Below, piece by piece: positions 52,286-63,832 of a stretch of DNA of 64,000 nt. A program made the translations under genes and the position numbers. This DNA comes from Octopus vulgaris (lineage: Eukaryota). Each line of letters starts with the position of its first letter. Within the stretch, counting starts at the first letter, position 1. The stretch covers positions 63,674,001 through 63,738,000 of the forward strand of contig OX597832.1 in NCBI GenBank assembly GCA_951406725.2. The letters run 5' to 3'. The notes beneath the pieces are model-generated. The model ran no database searches and was not told the origin of the DNA. It saw only the letters and a list, made by a program, of their open reading frames with translations.

Positions 52286-52831
52286 TATTAGAGCAAGATT
52301 AAAAATCATCCCAAAGCACATCTATAAAGAAATTTTATCACAGAATATAAGTGTTAAGTATGATACAGATTACCCTGAAGAAAAGGGGTACAATGCAAAT
52401 TTACATTATGTTGTAATACGTAATGCAATTTGCATTGGTAATAAATAAGAAGGCTATTGAAACGTGTGTAGTGATGTTATGAGCTGTCTATTTTCTACTC
52501 GATACACTGCATAACATGTACCAGTTATGCATACAGGGGTTTTCAGGATACCCAAGATAAGTAAACAACTGTATAACTCTACATTGATCATTATACTGAC
52601 CAACTGCATGACCAGGAAAACTTCCTCTTGGAGTAATCCATTAGCCAGAAATATATGGGGATGCTTTCAAGTTAATTTGCCAAGATCTATTTGATTTCCA
52701 TTGTACAGGGGAGGCCAAAGTCATGTATAAAATAATGCTCTGGAATTGTCAAAGACATGCTTCAATTTTTCTAAAACTGAATGAAATAAATAAAATAATG
52801 ATGAATACACATGTCATACAAAATGAATAAC

Positions 52832-53012
52832 AACAAGAGCACTCAGAGAGAGCAAACCTCTGCCAAAGCAACACCAACGTCCTCTCAACGATTAGCCGGA
52901 GATGGTTTTTGAAATGAGAATATCTGAAATACACTTGACTGCTCTCACAAACGAGAATACTAAAAATGAACCCGACCGCTCTCAAAAATTAAGTAAAAAA
53001 AAAAAATCCAGA
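52832..53012 (+). mobile_element. Truncated HINE/Helentron-like element (empty-site copy)
   Basis: Colinear with 54368-54452 joined to 54812-54895, without the palindromic insert. Confidence 0.8.
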
Positions 53013-54061
53013 CTATATGTGTGTGTGTGACTGAGTCCACAGCTATAACCTACACCAGTGTTGCATAACCAGCCCACTCAAAAGTACCTTGGATCATAGG
53101 GCGACATGCTGTGATTGATGAGACCTATTGAGTCAAGTTCATCAACATCAGCAAAATCAAAATCAAATCAAATGGAAATTATAGTTGTGAGCTCCATGCC
53201 GGTAGCACGTAAAAGGCACCCACTACACTCTCAGAGTGGTTGGCGTTAGGAAGGGCATCCAGCTGGAGAAACACTGCCAGATCAGATTGGGGCCTGATGC
53301 AGTCTCCTGGCTTCCCACCCAGTCGAACCGTCCAACCTATGCCAGCATGGAAAACAGATGTTAAACGATAATGATGATGATGATGTCTGAAACCCCATGA
53401 GTTAGAAAAAATAGCAACCCATATATTGGTTAAGGGAGTGAATATATTATTAACAAAATACAATATCATAAACTCATAGCAGCCACTTTGCCATTTGTTT
53501 ACATACAAGGGTTGATATAACCCCAAAAATTTACCAGAAAAGGTTGAAAAGAATGGTTTTGCATTTCAGTTTTTTCAGATGATTGCCAGAGTTACCTCAA
53601 GACCTGGCAAGAAACCAATTGGTAAATTGTCAGATATGAGACTGAAATATCGTATTTTATTATTATTAATAATAATACTAATAATTAGTTATTTCTAATT
53701 TTGGTAAAAATCCAGCAATTTCAAGGGAAGGTCGTTAAGGATTACATTGACTGGTATCCTGTTCTATTGACCCTGAAAGAATGAAAGGCAAAATTAACCT
53801 TGATACAATTTGAACTTAGAATGTAACGAGTTGGAAGATGTGCAACAATGCATGTAATGCACTAATGATTCTGCTAGCTTGCAGCCTTTTTAGTAGTAGT
53901 AGTAGTAGTAACAACAACAACAGTTTTGAATTTTGGTCAAGGCATTTATGTGGACCCCAGTATATAACTGGTGCTTCATCAACCCCATAAGAATGAAAGG
54001 TAAAGTTGACTTCAGCATGATTTGAACTGAGACAATAATAATAATGATAATAATAATAATG

Positions 54062-54114
<53 letters not shown>

Positions 54115-54536
54115 CCTTTCTGCTATAGGCACAAGGCCTGAAATTTGGGGGAGGGGACTAGGTGATTATATGCCCCCCCTCCACCATAGCGTTCAACTGG
54201 TATTTATTTTATTGACCTCAACAGAATGGAAAGCAAAGTCAACATTAGTAGAATTTGAACTCAGAACACGAAGACAGATGAAATGCTGCTCAGCATTTTG
54301 CCCAGCGTGCTAACGATTCTGCCAGCTCACCACCTTAACAACAACAACAATAATAATAATAATAATATCAAGAGCACTCAGAGAGCATAAATCTCCACCA
54401 AGACAACACCAATGTCCTCTCAATGATTAGCCGGAGATGATTTTTGAAATGAAAGCAATTACAGCGTGGAAGGTGTTTATAAGCCATTTAAGAAACACAC
54501 AAAAACTGTTAGATTCAGTTCAACATTTAAATTTAA

Positions 54537-54587
54537 TTTGTCAAAATATTTTCGTCGCTTTGAGACCGCGACTTGTTCACTGACAAA
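54537..54587 (-). ncRNA. Minimal hammerhead motif with G3-C8 core swap (copy on the pre-mRNA strand)
   Basis: tttgtca-GTGAACA-a-gtcgc(ggtctcaaa)gcgac-GAAA-ATAT-TT^-tgacaaa. Perfect 7-bp stem I, 5-bp stem II, palindromic AATATT stem III. Confidence 0.65.
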
Positions 54588-54607
54588 ATTCCGTGTTGCA
54601 TCTCAAT

Positions 54608-54658
54608 TTTGTCAGTGAACAGGTCGCGGTCTCAAAGCGACGAAAATATTTTGGCAAA
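54608..54658 (+). ncRNA. Minimal hammerhead motif with G3-C8 core swap (second copy)
   Basis: tttgtca-GTGAACA-g-gtcgc(ggtctcaaa)gcgac-GAAA-ATAT-TT^-tggcaaa, with one G-U pair in stem I. Confidence 0.62.
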
Positions 54659-55703
54659 TTAAATTTAAAAGTTGAAGTGAATCTAATGGTTTTTGTGTGT
54701 TTCTTAAATGGCTTATAAACACCTTCCACGCTGCAATTGTTTTCGCTCCAGCACATGATCTCAGATCAGGTCACTTGCTATGCAAGTATATCTCTGTAAT
54801 TTTTAAAATCAGAATATCTGAAATAAACTCGACTGCTCTCACAAACGAGAATACTAATAATGAACCTGACCACTCTCAAAAATTAAGTAAAAAAACAGGA
54901 ACAATAATAATCCAGAATCCTTGTCTGGTACCAGATTGATACCAAAAGCTAATCAGTTCGTGCCAGTTATGAGACCAAACATTCCTGAAAGTTTCATCTG
55001 AATCCATTCAGTGGTTCTTGAGATATCTTGTCCACAGACAAACAAACACAACTGAAAACAATACCTCCACCTTCACTAAGGCAGAGGTAATAATAATAAT
55101 CCTTTTTACTGTAGGCACAAGGCCTGGATTTTGTGGGGAGGGAATATGTCAATTGCATTGACCCTAGTGCTTAACAAATACTTATTCTATCAACCCCTGG
55201 AGAGATAAAAAGCAAAGTCAACCTCAGCAGAATTTGAACTGAAAATGCAAAAAACATGGATAAAATGCCACTAAGCTTTTGTTCAGCATCCTCACAATTC
55301 TACCAGCTCATCACCGTTAATGATAATAACAATAAACACACACACAGAGCAAGATGCACCAAAATACCAACTCGTAATTTAGTGTGGCACAGCAGCAAAA
55401 CCTGCAAATATTCTGAATAGTATGCAAGGTGACAGAAAGAGATGACAGATATTTTCTCATTACGTCAAAAGTCTTCAGAAGTGGCAATGAAGTAAACAAG
55501 ACTGGTTGTGTATTTATAGCATGCATACCTGTACTTATAGATGCAGGCATACCATACATATATGTGAGTGCATATTTATAGCTACGCATCTGTATGTACA
55601 CAGCAAACCCACCGCTCACCACCACCACCGCCATCACATACAAAAGAGACAGCTAAACATAAGCATTCACATAAACAGTACCGTTCTTAATATATTTTCT
55701 GTA

Positions 55704-55767
<64 letters not shown>

Positions 55768-55852
55768 ATGTATATATATGTATGTATATATATATATGTA
55801 TGTATATGTATATATATGTATATGTATATATATATGTATGTATGTATAGGTG

Positions 55853-55892
<40 letters not shown>

Positions 55893-55994
55893 TATATATA
55901 TATATACATACATACATATATATATATCGATACATACATATATATATATATATACATACATACACACATACAACATATAAATACACACATATTT

Positions 55995-56366
55995 TTTTAT
56001 TCTTTTATGTGTTTCAGTCATTTGACTGCAGCCATGCTGGAGCACCACCTTTAGTTGAGCAAATTGACCCCAGGACTCATTCTTTGTAAGCCTAATACTT
56101 ATTCCATCGGTCCCCCTTGCTGAACTGCTAAGTTACGGGGATGTAAACACACCAGCATCGGTTGACAAACACAGACACACAAACATATACATACATATAT
56201 ATATATATATGCGAAGGGCTTCTTTCAGTTTCCGTCTACCAAATCCACTCACAAGGCTTTGGGTGGCCCGAGGCTATAGTGGAAGACACTTGCCCAAGGT
56301 GCCACGCAGTGGGACTGAACCCAGAACCATGTGGTTGGTAAGCAAGTTACTTACCATATAGCCACT
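55995..56366 (-). mobile_element. Family A SINE
   Basis: Colinear with 46710-47097. Confidence 0.88.
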
Positions 56367-57162
56367 CACACACACATACATACATACATACATACATACA
56401 TGCATACAGACACACATACACATCTTATACATATATATAAATATCTGTATCGTTTTGCTATGGTGACGTCAACATCATCATCATCTTTTAATGTTGACTT
56501 CTCCAAGCTTGACTGTATCAACAATGTTTGTGTGTGTATGTGTGTGTGTGTGTGTCTGGTTGTGTGTTTACATATAAGACTATTAATAGAGAAACACATA
56601 CATACATGTAGACATCTCCATCATGTTGAAATAAACTCACACATACTCACACTTGCATGCAGATGCACAACCACAGAAACATGGTTATGTGTATGTGCAA
56701 CACTGACTACAAGACATGAGCTTGGTTCCTGTGACAAACCTATAACGCCTACAAAGTTGCATCTGGCTGAAACAAGCTGTTTTTTAAAATAATAATAATA
56801 TATGTACTCTTAGGTGATGAGATAAGTGCATCTTTCTTTCTTACATTTGCCTATTCAATTATACACTGAACTGCAAATGAAACAGGAGACATGTGACTGT
56901 GAAATATGTTTTAATTTCATTATGTCAGAGATAAATTTTGATAAATCTGATAAAGTCAATTTCTTGGATGCACATTGACCACAGTCTATGGGTCGTTGTC
57001 ATGTGTCCTGGTAGTGGGTGGAGTCAGCATATCAAGATTGTAGGGTGTGACATGTTCAATACTGTGTATTATGCCCTCCCTAGGTGTTCAAAATGGCCAT
57101 ACACCATTGAAAGGTTACCTGCAATTTGGGCCCCAGCCATAAACCATCATGTCTTGAAATAA

Positions 57163-57195
<33 letters not shown>

Positions 57196-57199
<4 letters not shown>

Positions 57200-57436
57200 A
57201 GCCATACTCCATGCAGACTTTTAAGCTAGCTCCTGCAGAGGGTTAATTGGGCCTTGCAGCCCCAAACTAAAAAGAGGTAAATAGCATGACTATCATCATC
57301 ATCATCGTTTAAGCGGACGTTAAACGATGATGATGATGATAGTTATGCTATTTACCTCTTTTTAGTTTGGGGCTGCAAGGCCCAATTAACCCTCTGCAGG
57401 AGCTAGCTTAAAAGTCTGCATGGAGTATGGCTTTTA
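57196..57436. repeat. Fold-back palindrome, 117-bp arms with one mismatch and 7-nt loop
   Basis: 57196-57312 is the reverse complement of 57320-57436; loop gcggacg. Confidence 0.95.
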
Positions 57437-57481
57437 AGGTAGTATACATATATAATTGCAGTCTCCTTGCAAATACATTAA

Positions 57482-57701
57482 CCGTTTCGTTATCAACCTG
57501 GCTGAAACCAGCTCTGGCTCTAAGTGCAAATGTCTTGTCTTTATAAGTTTTGAATCAAAATCTTCCACCAAACCTTAGTCACAATTTATGTTCCTAACAC
57601 CAGCTTAATGATAACCATGTTATTTTACTAAATTCTTTGTTATATTTAAAGTAATTGAAAGAAACACAGAGCATCTCAACAGAAATATGGTAACGAAAGG
57701 G
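57482..57701. mobile_element. piggyBac-type MITE
   Basis: TTAA|CCGTTTCGTTATC...GGTAACGAAAGGG|TTAA. Confidence 0.85.
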
Positions 57702-57789
57702 TTAAGTGTACGTGGTCAATAATATTTATTTATATATGCTAGAATGGAAAGCGGACATTAAACGATGATGATGATGATATATATATATA

Positions 57790-58335
57790 TATTCTTTTAT
57801 TTGTTCCAGTCGTTTGACTGTGGCCATGCTGGAGCACCGTCTTTAGTTGAACTAATCAACCTCATGACTTATTCTTTGTAAGCCTAGTACTTATTCTATC
57901 AGTCTGTTCTGCTGAACTGCTAAGTTATGGGGATGTAAACACACCAGCATCGGTTGTCAAGCGATGGTAAGGTGGGGGACAAACACACACACACACACAT
58001 GCGATGGGCATCTTTCAGTTTCCATCTATCAAATCCACTCACAAGGCTTTGGTCAGCCCAAGGCTATAACAGAAGACACTTGCCCAAGGTGCCATGCAAT
58101 GGGACTGGACACAGAACCATGTGAAAACTGTCCTTGCCTGTGCTGGTGCCACGTAAAAAGCACTCAACCCAATCTGTAGGATGGTTGGTGTTAGGAAGGG
58201 CATCCAACCATAACAACTGTCAAAACGGACACAGAAGTTTGGTGCAGTCTTCTACCTGGCCAGCTCCAGTCAAACTGTCCAACCCATGCCAGCATAGATG
58301 GCTGATGTTAAACGATGATGATGATGATGATGTTG
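57790..58335. mobile_element. Family A SINE (-) fused to a family D segment (+)
   Basis: Homology to 46710-47050 switches at about 58125 to homology with 47350-47670. Confidence 0.75.
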
Positions 58336-59574
58336 ATATATACAGATGTCATATAATGCTGACAAATTTTTTTAACGAGTAAATATCTTATTGATGGGAC
58401 ATATAACTGTGTGTGTGTGTGGTTTTGAGAGCACATGTATATAATCATAACCACCACCACTGTCTCCATGGCTGCTGACATCACCCCCCCTCCATTGCCC
58501 CCGCCAACACAACCACCTTTTATGCCTGTACCTGGGCTGTCTTCTCTCTAGAATGTAGTATCTGATTCCTTTTCTACCCAGGTTTTCTCTCAACTCATTT
58601 GTACTCTGTTGTACTCTGTTGTTCACACACACGACAACACTAACATTACACAACCAACAGAGCATGCTTGCTTCATTCCTTCCATCCAATCCACCCTGCC
58701 CCATCCCTCCACACCTCTTCCACATTTAATACCTGCGTTTCGCTACCATGCAACACTGCATTTCATATACAAGCATTATACAATCTTTCTTTCACCTCGA
58801 CGGAGAGAGAAACTCCCTTGTTGTCTTGTTGCCAGCAGAGGCAACAGCTCCTTACACATACACACACACAAATGCATGCATACTTACGTTCCAGTTGTGA
58901 AATGAATACATGCATGTATACCACTACTCTCATACATATACACACACATTTACGTGTCCCAGCATGAAATGCATAAATGCCATCACCACACAGGCACACA
59001 GAGACACACAGACACACAAAGGCATGCATACTTATGTTCCAGCTGTGATATGCATACATACATGAATACCCCCACTCTCACATATGTACACACACACATG
59101 CAAACACACACACACACACACACACACCACATTTATGTGTCCCAGCATGAAATGCATAAATACCATCACCACACATACACATGAACCCACAAACACACAC
59201 ACACACATACACATATTTGCTCCACTTCGTTGGATGCTCAGAAACATGCACATGCATATCGCTATATCAGATTACAGAGTGCAGTCACATGCAAATCGAT
59301 GTTAACAGATGCAAAACGCATATACTGCAATATGAGAAGAGATTCTTTGGCAATTATATGGCAGTAGTGTGGAAGTTGCAAGGGCAGTAGTAAGAGTAGG
59401 TAATACAATGGGGATAAGCAAAAAAAACAACAACAAGAAAAATAACAAATGCCTATCTGTATGTACACATAGCAACATGTTTCATTGCACTGCATTCTTG
59501 AGCAAGATATTTAACTCTCAACAATCCAAACCACTTAGTTGTTAGAAAGTATTGTAAGTTTGCTATAGCTAATT

Positions 59575-60080
59575 GTACTGTGTCCTTGATTAATATAATT
59601 AACCATCAACAGTCCACCAAACTAGAAGTAGGAACGACAGTATAGTGTATGTTTGTTGTAGTGACCATGACTATCACACTTAACTGTCAACAGTCCAGGC
59701 CACTAACCTGTAAGTAGGTTCCATAGTGTTGTATAGTTCGCTGCACTGTGTTCATGATCAAGGCAGTTTGCTGTCAAGAGCCAAGTCCACCTGGCTGTAA
59801 GGAGGCACCACAATATGGGGTTGTTCAATGTACTGTGTCCATAACCAAGGTACTTAACTGTCAACAGGGCAATAAGTGAAGCTGTCTGTAGGTACCCTAT
59901 AGTGGTACCTAGTTACAGCTTACTGTCCTGTGTCCATGAGTAAGACAATTAAGGCCAATTGATCTACATCTAAGTAGATATCACAATGTGATATACTTCA
60001 CAGTTATATGGCCATGATCAACACAGACAAGAGCCCAGTCCAGCGAGCTGTAAGCAGGTACCAAAACTTGGTGTAGTTTA
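59575..60080. repeat. Degenerate ~85-bp satellite, ~6 units; sister arrays at 42150-42770 and 48590-48880 (inverted)
   Basis: Recurrent actgtgtccatgatcaag..acttaactgtcaacag..cagtcca...ctgtaagtaggtacca at about 59575, 59657, 59742, 59829, 59926 and 60003. Confidence 0.75.
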
Positions 60081-60089
60081 TGATATTAA

Positions 60090-60284
60090 CCCTTCAGCAT
60101 TCAGATTACTCTGTCAAGTGTAACTCTTATTTATTCTCATTGTTTTGAATTAATCATGGATTATCTTGAAGCTTCTGGATTCCAATGATGTGATTGTTTA
60201 GCATTAGAATGACATTGTAGCTGGTTTGGATATAAGACAGGTAGAATATCTGGGCTGGATATGATCAGTTTAAAAGCTTAAGGG
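60090..60284. mobile_element. piggyBac-type MITE, second family (relatives at 22818, 39790, 62225)
   Basis: TTAA|CCCTTCAGCATT...AAAGCTTAAGGG|TTAA. Confidence 0.8.
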
Positions 60285-60789
60285 TTAAAGTGTATGTGTC
60301 TTTGTGTCTGTGTTTGTCCCCCACACCACTGCTTGACAAACAATGTCTGTCTGTTTATGTCCCTGTAACTTAGCAGTTTGGCAAAAGATATCGATAGAAT
60401 AAGTATCAAGCTTAAATAAAAAAAATAGAAAAAAAGGTACTGCAGTTCAATCATTCAACTACAAAATTCTTCAAAGCAATGCTCCAGCATGGCCGTAGTC
60501 TAATGACTGAAACAAACAAAAGATAAATGATAAATGATGTTTGGTCTTCACCAAGCGCACCTGAGAATATAGAACCTAAATTATATTTATAACTTTGGTC
60601 AATACTTTGAATAGATTTTCGTACTATCAGCTAATTATCTCTACAGTTCAAAAATCAAAGAAATTCGTTTACCATGAGGAAGAGAGAAACCATTTTATCC
60701 GACTTTGGAACTCTTTATACTCACTAATTACTAACACAGACTATCACTAGATTGTTATGGTTTACTTCATTATATCTGTCACTCTATCA

Positions 60790-60820
<31 letters not shown>

Positions 60821-61310
60821 CATCTATCTATCTATCGTTTTTTTTTAACACAATTCCCGGAAATTTATTTTCTCCTCCTTTTTTGTCTATTTTCAAAATG
60901 AAAAGCTCTACATTGTATTTTGTCCCCTCCGTGTTGGCCCTGTGTGGCTAATAAAGAAACTTCTCTATCTGTCTGTCTGTTTGTCTATCTATCTATCTAT
61001 CTATCTATCTGTCTGCCTGTCTGTCTACCTGTCTGTCTATCTATCTATGTAATCAATATAACAGCATAATGTATACCACTAACTGTTATATCTACATACA
61101 TTTGGTAAGCATTTAAATGTATTTTCACTGACTAACTACTGTAGCCATCAATATCTACTATAGCTACCACAACAGAGAGAGCAATGACTCATTGTTGTCA
61201 TCATCATCTTCGTCATCGATATTGTCATCATCATCATCATCGTTGTCATCATCATTGTCGTTGTCCTCCTCTTCATCATCATTGTCCTCATCATCATTAT
61301 TATCGTCATC

Positions 61311-61357
<47 letters not shown>

Positions 61358-62777
61358 TGTCGTTGTCCTCATCATCATTGATATCATCATCTTCTATGCT
61401 AACGTAAGCTGAATAGTTAGACAGGATCTGACAGGTCCCAAGATGCTGTCCTGCTTCGAATGCCTCTTTTGTCATGGTTTCTACAGCAGGATGCCCTTCC
61501 TGATGCCATCTTTTTACTGTCTACCAAGTGCTTTGGTCTCCATGCCACTGGCACTCTTGTAACTCTTGTAACTCATCACTGATGATGGGATATCATTTAT
61601 TTCCTTGAAACAGCTGTAAGACCACCTTTCTATTTATAAATGTCCTTGGAATATCAAATTGCCTTGGCCTTGTTATCTCCTTTTATTTAATACACACACA
61701 CAAGTAGTTAATCCCCACCAAAAAAAAAAAAAGGCAATAACATGAAGATGTGGTACATGCAAAGTATTAATAAGGTACTTGGGGAAGGAAAGAAAGGGTG
61801 TTTTACATTTTGAGCAAAGCTCTTCTTCAGAAATAAGAGACAGAGGAAAGTCCAAGAGAAAAGGAAGATGGAGGAAAAATAAAATCTCCAACAATCCACA
61901 CAGACACACATATATATATGGTGGGTTTCTTTCAGTTTCTCTCTGTCAGATCTACTTACAAGGCTTTGGTCAGCACAAGGCTATAGTGGAAGGCATTTTC
62001 TCAGGGTACCATGCAGTCGGAGTGAACATGGTCTCATGGTCACTGGGAAACAGATTTCCAACCATACAGCCATGCCTGCACCTATACCCAGGCATAGCAT
62101 TCAGAACATCAGCCTTTAGTTTAATTATTCAAATTCATGGCATTGCACCATTTGAGTTACTTCCCTTAACTCGTTTTACTTTTTAATTAACCCGTAAATT
62201 ATATCTTAACTCAGAACACATTAATCCTTTCGCATTTAAACCGGTCATATCTGGCCAAAATATTCTACTTGCTTTTTGTTTTCAAACTAAGCAGATCTGG
62301 CCCCTCACACCTGATCAACAATATCATTCTAAAAATAAACAATCACATCATTGAAATATGGAACCAGCTTCAATAAATACGTATTACATTTGACAGATTA
62401 AACTGAATGCTAAAGGGTAAAACCAACAGCCCATCATTTTGCCTATTCAACCATATCAATTAACTTCACACCCTCCCACATAATCTATTTATTTGATTTT
62501 TCTGTTCTATATTTAATGGTCCAGTGCACAAGGCCACAAATAATTGCAGTGATTCCCTCTTAACCTTTTACACTTCATTTGACCTCTCAAAATAAATCAA
62601 GAAACACATATCCCACCACACACTCTCTCCCTTTCCTCCCCCTCCTCCTCCTCCTTCATCCTACTTTCATCTCCCATTTCTTTCACTAATCCCTCCACCT
62701 CATCAGCGTGTCCCCTTTTCACTTCTCCTTCCACCTCCGTTTTTTCCTCTTCACTTTCCCTTCTTTTTCTCCTGTAA

Positions 62778-63075
62778 TCAACCAACCAAACAATTAACCA
62801 ACCAACCAGCCAGCCAGCCAGCCAGCCAACCAACCAACCAACCAACCAACCAACTAAGCAATTAACCAACCAACTAACCAAGTAATTAACCAACCAGCCA
62901 ATGAAGCAATTAACCAATCAGCCAACCAAGTAATCAACCAACCAACCAACCAACCAATCAACCAAGCAATTAACCAACCAACCAACCAAGAAACCGACCA
63001 ACCAACCAACCAACCAACCAACCAAGCAATTAACCAACCAACCAACCAACCAACCAATTAACCAACCAAGCAAAC
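62778..63075. repeat. (AACC)n-derived compound microsatellite just inside intron 1
   Basis: Direct reading. Representative of many SSRs, e.g. (GAA)n 6000-6171, (TCTA)n 9960-10197, (TAA)n 14905-15056, (GGAT)n 24822-24985, (TCA)n 61195-61392. Confidence 0.95.
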
Positions 63076-63103
63076 AAAGAAAGAAAAGAATGTCACAACT
63101 TAC

Positions 63104-63269
63104 GTCGAGCTTCGACACTTTTCAGTAACATTCCCTCCAAGAATGTGTTGTGCCTCATGTTACCTTTGGCTATTTGTCTCCATTCTTTTCTGAATTCATT
63201 GACACCAACCACTGCAAAATCCCCTTCAAACAGGTGGAAGTTGGCCAGTGTTGGCTGCTCGCTGGCCAT
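63104..63269 (-). CDS. First visible coding exon of a 225-aa uncharacterised protein (DUF7153-like): [55 protein letters not shown]
   Basis: Acceptor cttctcttatttgcag at 63275, then GGAAC-ATG-G (good Kozak). Open for 55 codons + 1 nt, ending at a perfect GTAAGT donor (63103-63098). Phase 1 joins the next exon to give ...EARPLFPYIDY. An upstream exon must lie beyond the window and could extend the frame. Confidence 0.88.
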
Positions 63270-63384
63270 GTTCCCTGCAAATAAGAGAAGAAAAAAACAG
63301 ATACAGAAATTCTACAAGATACAACGCAATGAAGACAGGTTGTTGTTGTTGGTATGTGTGTGTGTATTTCTTTATAGTCTTTTA

Positions 63385-63782
63385 TTCATTTATTTGTTTC
63401 AGTCATTTGACTGCGGCTATGCTGGAGCACTGCCTTTTTAGTCAAACAAACTGAACACCACGACTTATTCTTTGTAAGCCTAGTACTTATTCTATCGGTG
63501 TCTTTTGCCGAACTGCTAAGTTACGGGAACGTAAACACACTAGCATCAGTTGTCAACCGATGGTGGCGGGGGGGACAAACACAGATACATAAACACACAC
63601 ATACACACACATAGATGAGAGGCTTCATTCAGTTTCCGTCTACCAAATCCGCTCACAAAGCTTTGGTTGGCCCAAGGCTATAGTAGAAGACACTTGCCCA
63701 AGGTGCCTCACAGTTGGACTGAACCTGGAACCATGTGGTTGGTAAGCAAGCTGCTTACCACACAGCCACTCCTGCGCCTGTA
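63385..63782 (-). mobile_element. Full-length family A SINE
   Basis: Head ggcgcaggagtggctgtgtggtaagcag...ggttcagtcc through tail gactgaaacaaataaa. Confidence 0.9.
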
Positions 63783-63832
63783 TAGGTATGTATTTGTGCA
63801 AAAGATCATATAGTTATATGTGTGTAGAGACA

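Larger units (their letters stand above)
54456..54739. repeat. Fold-back palindrome, 135-bp arms (~7 mismatches) with 14-nt loop
   Basis: 54456-54590 is the reverse complement of 54605-54739. Confidence 0.95.
54368..55090 (+). mobile_element. HINE/Helentron-like non-autonomous element carrying a nested insertion
   Basis: Terminal stem-loop tacctccacctt-cact-aaggcagaggta, subterminal (a)tctccacc motif near the other end, and aagtttcat...acagacaaacaaac core, in A/T-rich flanks. Confidence 0.65.

Noticed and set aside
58860-59190. ~150-bp tandem duplication among (CA)n
   Set aside because: Low-complexity, SSR-mediated duplication with no further signal.
5193-63118. Dozens of ORFs with YI/CV/HT/poly-K/S/I/D/H runs
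   Set aside because: Translations of microsatellites, with no splice or domain support.
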